DNA of 64,000 nucleotides from NCBI GenBank assembly GCA_000165345.1, contig CM000434.1, positions 832,001 to 896,000 of the forward strand, read 5' to 3'. Shown piece by piece: positions 56,235 to 64,000 of this stretch (position 1 is its first letter; each line of letters starts with the position of its first letter). The notes under the pieces were generated by a model. It saw only the letters and a program-made list of their open reading frames with translations, ran no database searches and was not told where the DNA came from. The position numbers and the translations under genes were made by a program.

Positions 56235-57791
56235 ATGGAAGAGGAAAATCAAGCCAAGAGGCTGTTTGATTTATATGAAGAATATTTTTTCCTTTCAAAT
56301 TTAAAGCTGCTGGAGTTGGTTGATGATTTTCACAAATCTTTAGAAGACGGACTTGAAAATCACGCAAATCGACTAAAAATTGACAAATACCATTCCAATT
56401 ACAAGCCTTTTAAAATGTTAGACTCTTGTGTTGATAGACTTCCAACTGGGAAGGAAAAAGGAGTTTATTATGCTATTGATATGGGTGGCACTAATTTACG
56501 ATGTGTTAGAGTAAATTTACTTGGTAATGGCCAAAGTGAAACAAAATTTAAAAAGGTTAAATTGTCAGAAATGAAAGTGTCTTCTACTGGGAAGGTTGTA
56601 AATAGCAACAAAATTTCCAAAGTTGATCAAGAAGTCAATATTTTTGATAAAACTGTATCTTCAGAAACAATGTTTAATTCAATTGCAGTTTTCTTTAATG
56701 AGTTTTTGGATGAATGTGGCGACTTAAATGATTTGACCAATGATAATAATGTAGGCAATCTCCCATTAGAAGTTGGCTTCACCTTTTCTTTTCCTATCGT
56801 GCAATCTAAAATTGCAAGTGCAAAACTGGTAATATGGACAAAAGAAATTGAAACAGGTAGATTAACTGATGATCCTGTTGAAGGAAAAGATATTGGTGAT
56901 TTATTGAATTTAGCCTTTAAAAGAAATGGAGTACCAGCTCAATGTAAATGCGTTTTAAATGATACAGTTGGAACCCTTATATCAGCAATGTATGATTTAA
57001 ATATTAATAATTATTGCGACAATAACCACTCTTTAAAAGTTAATTTTCCAAATAATATATCTGAAAATCAACCATTAATTGGAATTGTGGTTGGAACTGG
57101 AGTAAATGCTTGCTACCTTGAACCAAATTCTTCAAATTTTGGTTATAAAGGAGTTATTATTAATACAGAGTGTGGAGACTTTTATTCAACCAAATTACCC
57201 ATAACTGATTGTGATTACTCTATGGATTGGTTTAGTGATAATAGAGGAGAACAGATATTTGAAAAAATGATTAGTGGAACTTATTTAGGAGAAATCTCTC
57301 GGTTATTAATTATCAATTTTTTAAAAAACAAAACTCCAGAGATTTTCTTCCAAAAGAATTCATTAAAAACTGAACATATTGCCAAAATTATTAGCCATTT
57401 CAATGATAATCATCAAAAATATAACCAAAACCATGATTTAAAGTCTATTGAAAATTATTTAAAGGAAACATTTTCTTCAAATCTTGATCATAATTCCACT
57501 TATATTATTGCAAAAATATCACAGATGGTACTCATGAGAGCAGCATCTCTTGTCTCAGCCATTATTGCTGCATTTTTCAAAAGGTTTAATAAGCCACGCA
57601 ATCAAATTACCATTGCCATAGATGGATCAGTTTGGACTAAAATACCCAAATTCCAAAAATACGTTAAAGATTCACTCTCATCTTTGATTCAAGAGAGCGG
57701 ATATCTTGGCTCAATACATTTTTATGAATCAGATGATGGATCTGGAAGAGGTGCTGCTATTCTTGCTAGCACTACAGTCAATACACATTGA
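56235..57791 (+). CDS. HK: Hexokinase
   Basis: Hexokinase signature regions are present: AIDMGGTNLRCVRV (phosphate 1), LEVGFTFSFP, IGIVVGTGVNACY and AIDGSV...GSGRGAAILA (adenosine/phosphate 2). The protein is 518 aa. Confidence 0.9.
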   Translation: MEEENQAKRLFDLYEEYFFLSNLKLLELVDDFHKSLEDGLENHANRLKIDKYHSNYKPFKMLDSCVDRLPTGKEKGVYYAIDMGGTNLRCVRVNLLGNGQSETKFKKVKLSEMKVSSTGKVVNSNKISKVDQEVNIFDKTVSSETMFNSIAVFFNEFLDECGDLNDLTNDNNVGNLPLEVGFTFSFPIVQSKIASAKLVIWTKEIETGRLTDDPVEGKDIGDLLNLAFKRNGVPAQCKCVLNDTVGTLISAMYDLNINNYCDNNHSLKVNFPNNISENQPLIGIVVGTGVNACYLEPNSSNFGYKGVIINTECGDFYSTKLPITDCDYSMDWFSDNRGEQIFEKMISGTYLGEISRLLIINFLKNKTPEIFFQKNSLKTEHIAKIISHFNDNHQKYNQNHDLKSIENYLKETFSSNLDHNSTYIIAKISQMVLMRAASLVSAIIAAFFKRFNKPRNQITIAIDGSVWTKIPKFQKYVKDSLSSLIQESGYLGSIHFYESDDGSGRGAAILASTTVNTH

Positions 57792-57933
57792 CCTTTTTAT
57801 AGTCCATCCTACTTTTTTGTAATTTCATTTCCGGTCATTTATTGTTTATACTTATTGTTCTTATTCATTGAAAATAATAGTAATTAATTCATCTTATTCA
57901 GATTTGTACATGCCAATGTTCATAGAAATAACA

Positions 57934-57959
57934 AAAATTTGGCGCGCGCGCCAAATTTT
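57934..57959. promoter_or_regulatory. Perfect 26-bp palindrome AAAATTTGGCGCGCGCGCCAAATTTT (E2F-type)
   Basis: Read directly between the hexokinase 3' end and the CFIm25 start. Confidence 0.5.
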
Positions 57960-58184
57960 TATTTTATTTAGAATTTAAAGAATTTCAATATTAATTTAAG
58001 GTTTTATTCTCAATATTTTTTTTTTTTTAATTAATAAATACCTTTTAAAGTTTAAATAATCCATTTGTTTGAAGTTGGAGTCCATTCTTGGCAGATATTT
58101 CTGCATAGATCTTTTAGGTCATAATTAATTTTAATCTTTAATTGAAAGTATTTTTTATGCACATTTTTTTGAATCTTTATACAA

Positions 58185-59018
58185 ATGCAGGAGGGTTCGA
58201 ATAATGTTAGTAACAATCTGATGAACGATAATAAAATTGAGGAGGATGTTTTAGAGCAGCCAACATTTTTAACAAACCAAAGTCTTTTGAACGAAGAGCA
58301 GAGTATGGCTACAAACGTTGATCATGAACCATCATGGTTAATTTATCCATTGAAGAATTATGGAATTCGAGTTCAAGATAATAGTGACGAAATTCAATCA
58401 AGTATCCCAATTAATGAAATGAATGGGTTTAATGTAAAGGTTGATAACTTTTTAAAAGATGGAATTGGACGTAGCGTTGCTGCATTAATGCTTACTCATC
58501 GTTATTTATGTCCACATGTAGTTTTACTTCAGAATGATTTAACGAGTGAATGGATGCTTCCAAATTGTACTTATAAGGCCTGGGAAAATCCTCGCATAGT
58601 ATTAGCAAACTTTTTAAAGTCAATGTTCCTTACAAGTTCGAGCATTAATAGTAATACTAATAACAGTGGAAGTAATAATGGCAATAATAATAGCTCGACA
58701 AATAATAACAATATAAATAATGCTTGTTCTGATAATGCAGTGGAAGTTGGGGAATACTTGGGAACTTGGTGGAGAACTGAGTTTAATTATTCTCCTTTGC
58801 CTTATTTACCTCCCCATTCAACAAGGCCCAAAGAAACAATAAGGATTTACCAGGTTATTCTTCCTCCAAAATTGCTATTTAAATTACCAAAGCACCATGT
58901 GTTAAAGAGCTTACCTCTGTTTGATTTGGACCCAAATATATTTGGAATAGCATGCGGTAGTATTCCCCAGCTTATTTCAAGATTTCAAATTCAATCAATG
59001 GTTCAGTCGGATAATTAG
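58185..59018 (+). CDS. Cleavage factor Im 25-kDa subunit (CFIm25 / NUDT21 / CPSF5) homolog
   Basis: IYPLKNYGIRVQD, GIGRSVAALMLTHRYLCPHVVLLQ and WWRTEFNYSPLPYLPPHSTRPKE...PLFDLDPNIFGIACGSIPQLISRFQIQ align with human NUDT21 ([60 protein letters not shown]...[31 protein letters not shown]). Confidence 0.8.
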   Translation: MQEGSNNVSNNLMNDNKIEEDVLEQPTFLTNQSLLNEEQSMATNVDHEPSWLIYPLKNYGIRVQDNSDEIQSSIPINEMNGFNVKVDNFLKDGIGRSVAALMLTHRYLCPHVVLLQNDLTSEWMLPNCTYKAWENPRIVLANFLKSMFLTSSSINSNTNNSGSNNGNNNSSTNNNNINNACSDNAVEVGEYLGTWWRTEFNYSPLPYLPPHSTRPKETIRIYQVILPPKLLFKLPKHHVLKSLPLFDLDPNIFGIACGSIPQLISRFQIQSMVQSDN

Positions 59019-59141
59019 AATTTATATTGAAAAGTTATTTTATTATTAGTAAAAGAAATAGATTTTGCTACATAATATTTTATATTATTCTCTTTTTGAT
59101 CGATTATGATAATAATCAATTTATTATTTTTATTAAATATA

Positions 59142-60545
59142 TTAATAAATAATAAATAGTAGCAGGCTGAGGATAATGGTTATTCCAAATGTAGCCATTT
59201 TAAGAACAGATTCTGAATTGGATGATAATGAGATGAACATAGGCCCATATTTACTATGTTTTGCCAATGTGAAGCCCACCATTAGGTTATCTCTATCAAA
59301 TATTGAGTAGTACTTTCGAATGAAGTTATTTCCAAGTACAAAAAGTGGACCTCTAGGAGCTGGAATATCAAGAGGGATATATCCAATGCTACAATAATGT
59401 TCTTGCGGGCCCCAATAATAGCTAAAAGCATTAAATGATGAAGGCCCTCCTTCATCAATTACATAGTCTTGAGGATCCATATGCATTTCTATCTCATTTC
59501 CATGAATATCTTCTATCACATAAGTTATTCTAGGAGAAGATAGATATCTATTACATTCTCCCTCCATGGGTATAACTTTGGTGATCTTTCTCATAAAACT
59601 ACTTGGGGCTGTGGAGACAGATGAACCAGTATCTATAGCTGCCTTGCAGTCCCCGAAGCAATAGTTCGTGCTAACCCCATTAATCTTTATATCTTTGATC
59701 TTGATTTCCCAGTAATGAGACCCAGTAAGTCGATGCCAGGTTATTTTTTGACCACTTATTGTGTATTTAGGATCAGCAGCTCCAAAAGAAATTGAACCTG
59801 GAGTACTTGAATCTCTGGAAATGTAAACTCCAAAAAGATTTCTTGGTAAAATGTTTCGTTCTTTAATATTCTCAACAATTGTTGGGATATTATTTTTTTT
59901 ACTGTTCTTATCTGGAAATCCAAGTCCTACCAAACCATCGAATGGTAATTCAGCAAAAGGAGATGTACTTTCCTCAATAGCCATCCCGAAAGACTGATCT
60001 TCTATCTTCAGCTTTCCAATATTTATGACTTCTTTACCAAACTTTAACACACAAGAACCCGTACCATATTGGATATATGTCTCCAATGATCCATCCCCCA
60101 ATTTTTGATAAGAGGTACTCAACTTTGGATCATACTTGTTGTGGGGCTCACAACCTTTATGCTTACATTCAATACTTGGAATCCATACACTGGAGCTTCC
60201 TGTATCAAAAATGACAACGAACTCTCTTGGAGGCGTTCCCACCTCAATTTTACCAAAATATTGACTATTTTGGTAATTTCTAAGATCCTGAGAGTCCATT
60301 GTCTCTGAATACTTACTCTTGGTAATCCACCTTGAAAAATAGTTGCCTTCTGAATATTTCATTCCTCCCTCAGATAGACTTAATTTTAACTCAACTTTTT
60401 GAGCATTTGAATTAAATAAGCCATTACTTAGTATAGCCTCCATTCCTAACTCTGCCCTAGCATTTGACCTAATCTTGTTTGATAATCCTTCACAAAAAGC
60501 TGATATTTTCAGCATCATTAAAATAAAAAACACTTGAAACACCAT
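59142..60545 (-). CDS. Pepsin-family (A1) aspartic protease with signal peptide and C-terminal transmembrane anchor
   Basis: Two catalytic motifs, FDTGSSSVWIPS and IDTGSSVSTAPS. The N-terminus is MVFQVFFILMMLKISAFCEG and the C-terminus is TFGITIILSLLLFIIY. The ATG is verified. Confidence 0.9.
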   Translation of the reverse strand: MVFQVFFILMMLKISAFCEGLSNKIRSNARAELGMEAILSNGLFNSNAQKVELKLSLSEGGMKYSEGNYFSRWITKSKYSETMDSQDLRNYQNSQYFGKIEVGTPPREFVVIFDTGSSSVWIPSIECKHKGCEPHNKYDPKLSTSYQKLGDGSLETYIQYGTGSCVLKFGKEVINIGKLKIEDQSFGMAIEESTSPFAELPFDGLVGLGFPDKNSKKNNIPTIVENIKERNILPRNLFGVYISRDSSTPGSISFGAADPKYTISGQKITWHRLTGSHYWEIKIKDIKINGVSTNYCFGDCKAAIDTGSSVSTAPSSFMRKITKVIPMEGECNRYLSSPRITYVIEDIHGNEIEMHMDPQDYVIDEGGPSSFNAFSYYWGPQEHYCSIGYIPLDIPAPRGPLFVLGNNFIRKYYSIFDRDNLMVGFTLAKHSKYGPMFISLSSNSESVLKMATFGITIILSLLLFIIY

Positions 60546-60790
60546 CTTGTATGTTGCACACTACTACGTTAAACTCTCTTTTATTTTATTTTGAATCTCA
60601 TTAGTTCTTTACACTTTAATTTCTCTTTAATTAATGTTTGTTTCAGAGTAGCTCCTACCTATATTGATGATTTGCAATTACTTTATTTTATTATTATTAT
60701 ATATACATGTAAATATTTACATATATATCTATATATATTTTTTTTTTGGTTTGAATTACATGTAATTATTGACTTTTCATGTTTTTTTAT

Positions 60791-60870
60791 TTGCATGTAA
60801 ACACCGGTACGTGGCCTCTAGCAATAACCACGTAATAGGCGGTAAAAAAGCCAACCATTTGCCGCCAAAA
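60791..60870. promoter_or_regulatory. Motif module TTGCATGTAAACACCGGTACGTGG ... CCACGTAATAGGCGG ... TTTGCCGCCAAAA
   Basis: Lies in the divergent promoter between the aspartic protease and Rab1. Confidence 0.45.
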
Positions 60871-61198
60871 TACAGATAGCATGCTAATTATTTAAAATTT
60901 TGTAAGATTGCGGATTTTAAGGCAAATTAAAAGGAGGCAGGCTTTAATTTAAATAAGCTTCATGACAAAAAGTTGAGAAGAAAGAGATCTTATTTTTATT
61001 GAATATTTGTGTGTGTCTTTTCTCTTTTCAAAAGTATATTTGTCTCGAGAGAAAATTGAGATTATTCAGGAATAAAGTTGGTTTGTTTGAGGCATTTTGA
61101 TAAATAAAAGGAATAAGGGGTGTATAATATTCTCAAAATTAGAATATCATATACGCACACAGACATATTTGTTTATTTATTTACATATCAGGGTAAAG

Positions 61199-62095
61199 AT
61201 GTCAGCAGTTAGACAAAAGGAATAGTAAGTTGAGTATTTTTGGGCAAAGCGGGTATATTCATAACATGAGATAAAGATTGATTTTTGAAGTAAATATGAG
61301 GTGGAATATAATAGTGTAGATCTCATAAGTTTCTTGGCTTTTGCTCAGATCAGCTATTGGATGGCAAAATTCTAACATTATTAATTCATTTTTAGCGATT
61401 TTCTGTTCAAATTGGTTCTTATTGGAGATAGTGGAGTCGGAAAATCTTGCCTATTATTGAGATTTGCAGTAAGTTTTTACTTAAATTCAGGCAAATGTTC
61501 ATTCTTTGCCTAAATTCTATATTAGAGCGCAAAGTAATTTTCTTTTACTTAACAGGATGATTCTTTTACTGACAGCTATATCACTACAATTGGTGTGGAT
61601 TTCCGATTCAGAACTATCAAAATTGATGATAAAATAATAAAATTACAAATCTGGGATACTGCAGGACAAGAAAGGTTTAGAACCATTACTTCAGCATACT
61701 ACAGAGGTGCTGATGGAGTAGTACTTGTATATGATACAACTTCAACTTCATCTTTTGACCACATTGACGAGTGGGTAACTGAAGTTAACCGTTATACAAC
61801 CGACTCCACAAAAATCCTTATTGGAAACAAGTGCGATTTAACCTCACAGAAGATGGTTGACTTTGCTACCGGACAAAAAAAAGCTCAAGAGCTTCAAGTT
61901 GATTTCATGGAATCGAGCGCCAAAAATTCTACTAATGTCGAAGAATGCTTTGTAAACATAGCAAGAAAACTTCTAGAGAAAAAGCTGAAGAATGGCGAAA
62001 CTTCATCCAAACCCATTAATTCCCAGAATATCTACTTAAACCAGCATGGAGATGGTGGTTTAATTTCAGGTGTACTTTCTTCTTGTTGTAAGTAA
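61199..62095 (+). CDS. RAB1: Rab1/Ypt1 small GTPase, 3 exons: 61199-61224, 61396-61468, 61556-62095
   Basis: Exon 1 ATGTCAGCAGTTAGACAAAAGGAATA|GTAAGT (171-nt intron) and exon 2 ...AGATTTGCA|GTAAGT (87-nt intron) join to give [49 protein letters not shown]...WDTAGQERF...GNKCDL...SAK...SSCCK. The P-loop, switch regions and C-terminal CC prenylation motif are all present. Confidence 0.85.
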
Positions 62096-62120
62096 TTTAA
62101 AATGATCCGTTAAATTTAGA

Positions 62121-62128
62121 TGGCGCCA
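62121..62128. promoter_or_regulatory. E2F-like TGGCGCCA
   Basis: agatggcgccaaattc lies upstream of the SET gene. Confidence 0.4.
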
Positions 62129-62260
62129 AATTCAAATAGAATAGTCTTGAATTTACAAATTCATTGAATACCAAAGGATTGCCAATATTAGTAAATTTCT
62201 TTAAGTAAACTCATTTTTTGAAACAATTTCTGTTATCTAATTGTATATAATGTACTAATA

Positions 62261-64000
62261 TGGACTTCGTAGTAAAATTACCAGTTGAATTGGATGCAGA
62301 TGAGTCTCTTGTGAACAATAGGAAAAAGTTATTGGAGGAATGGGGATTGCCAGGAACATACGTAACTCTATGGTTAAAGGAGGAATTGGGAGAGGACTTG
62401 AAAACTCAAGATAATTTAAAGAAAATCTTTGAGAAGCTAGTCAAGTTAATTCATTCTATGTATATTTCAAGCATGACATTTAAAGATACATATTTAGCAT
62501 TAGCATATAGTAGAGATGAGTACATTTCAAAATTCAATTCAGGAAAGTTTCAGGTTGATTCTCCAGAGTCTTTATTTGAGATTTACACTCATAAGATTAC
62601 TAATATTCCATCTTATAACCCCATTGTAATGATTAAGGCACTACTTGTTCTGAAAAGCATAATTAAGGATGAAATTTCCCAAGTTACCCAAAATGCTGAG
62701 AACTCTAATTTTCATATGGATAACTATCAATATCTATTAAACCAGTGCCTTTCCTTTGTTATGTCATCCTTAGAAAATATTTGCAAACCTTCTCTACAAG
62801 ATGTTTCCAATTTAGATATTGATGTTGATTCAACATATTTAGACGATATTATTCAAAGCCTTTCTGGGGGAGAACAAACAAAGTATCCTATTATACTTAG
62901 AAAACTCGGAGTAGGAACTCATCCTACTCATGGAAGAGGATTCTACTCTACAGAGAAAATTGAAGCTGATACAAATATTGTCGAAATTTCTTTGTATCAT
63001 GCACTTTCATTTTACAATGCAATTTACTCTGAAGATTTTGGATATATTGCAAGATTTCTATCTAACCCAACTCAGTACATTCTTGAAATGAAATCAATCA
63101 TCTCTGAAACTTCAAATTTATTCAATGACTCTAACCAAAACATTATGTATGAACCAATTGACAGCGACTCCATTCTACTTCTTTTTACTATATTTCAAGT
63201 TTTTCAAGGAGAAAAATCAAAGTGGAATAAAGTCATTTCTATGTGGCAAAATCCATTGCATGCATGCAACCAAAACATGTATATGGCGCCAAAAGAAGTT
63301 AGAGATTTCTTATCCCATGGTGGAAATGACTTTGGGAGTCGAATTTCTAATAGTATTGATGAACTTTATAGTTTAATCAAACATGTATATTTTCTTTTGG
63401 ATACCGTACAGGAAGAAGCAAAAAGGTTAAGTGAAAAGCTTGGAGATAAAAAATTATCAGAATCTATCCGGTTTTTCAAGGATTTGGATTATAAGGCCAT
63501 ATTCACATGGAAGAGATTTAACCAAATTAAGTACGTATTGGATACTAGATCATTCAGCATAAAGTGGTGGCCTTTAAACGAAAAATTCTATAAACATGAA
63601 AAGTTAGGAGATAAAAGTGGTTTAAAAATGGTTAATAACTTTTCTGACAATAGCAACAACCTTGAGCTCATTAGCATACCAGTTACAGATTTTTCCTTGA
63701 ATGGTGAATCTAAGAATTTGATATTGCCTGTACCTATTGATGGAATACGTACAATATTACCAGTTGCTGATATGTTTAATCATTCTCATTTGGCACAATG
63801 CTCGTCTCCATTATTGGACTTTGAGAATAATATGATTTCTATTAAGAATGAGGTAGAAATTCCAATTCATTCTGAGGTATATATTAGATATGGAATTTTA
63901 TCAAGTAGTGAATGCTTATTTGGATATGGTTTTATCCCTAAAACTGAGCCTGTTTCTGGTTTATTTGACACTTTAACATTAAACTTGGAGCCTGAAGATG
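62261..64000 (+). CDS. SET-domain lysine methyltransferase (Rubisco-LSMT/SETD6-like), 3'-partial, with an apparent frameshift near 63117-63121
   Basis: The ATG 62261 frame reads MDFVVKLPVELDADES...ILRKLGVGTHPTHGRGFYSTEKIEADTNIVEISLYHALSF (SET N-region). It runs on into non-protein-like sequence that stops at 63377. The +1 frame, open from 63109 to the window end, carries the SET core and C-region: ILPVADMFNHS and EVYIRYGILSSSECLFGYGFIP. The two frames meet at the T5 run (aaatttttcaatg). Confidence 0.6.

Noticed and set aside
63076-63164. Alternative explanation of the SET frame switch as an 89-nt GTACAT...GACAG intron
   Set aside because: The donor is non-consensus relative to every other intron found here (GTAAGT, GTAGGT, GTGAGT, GTATGT). 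Both flanks inside the putative intron are protein-like in their respective frames. The T5 homopolymer indel is more parsimonious, but I keep this as a testable alternative.
63125-63376. Track ORF 63125-63376 (+), 83 aa
   Set aside because: It is not an independent gene. It is the out-of-frame read-through of the SET gene's 5' frame after the T5 frameshift point (non-protein-like sequence with W/C/M/F excess). The real coding information is in the +1 frame.

Overview
This is a gene-dense, AT-rich (about 70% A+T by eye) eukaryotic nuclear segment carrying about 33 protein-coding genes on both strands and two tRNA genes. It has no prokaryotic features. Gene content, AT bias, short introns and the intergenic motif vocabulary point to an apicomplexan, most likely Cryptosporidium-like. 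From memory, GAPDH immediately upstream of hexokinase matches Cryptosporidium chromosome 6, but I cannot verify this without a search. Intergenic spacers are 0.1-1 kb. Most genes are single-exon, but at least seven carry short (50-100 nt) GTAAGT/GTAGGT/GTATGT...YAG introns. The supplied ORF track fragments or misses these genes. Several track ORFs start on TTG and several real genes are absent from the track. Recognisable housekeeping genes: myotubularin-type phosphatase, Derlin, proteasome lid RPN6, WD40 (AAMP-like), thioredoxin/PDI-like protein, UBX protein, ribosomal eS30 (58 aa), pyrroline-5-carboxylate reductase (2 exons), GH13 glucan-branching-enzyme-like protein, TRAPP Bet3-family subunit (4 exons), GAPDH, hexokinase, CFIm25/NUDT21, a membrane-anchored pepsin-like aspartic protease, Rab1 (3 exons) and a SET-domain methyltransferase that appears frameshifted. 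Parasite-type or lineage-specific genes: a 2270-aa Thr-rich mucin-like protein with a PAN/apple domain and an in-frame 24-nt tandem repeat; a 2330-aa ankyrin-repeat polytopic membrane protein; and several low-complexity (Asn/Ser/Lys-rich) hypothetical proteins. Intergenic regions carry a recurrent module of E2F-like TGGCGCCA (including perfect long palindromes), GCATGCA, (A)TACCGGTA(T) and ACGTG motifs. I found no CRISPR array, rRNA gene or transposon.
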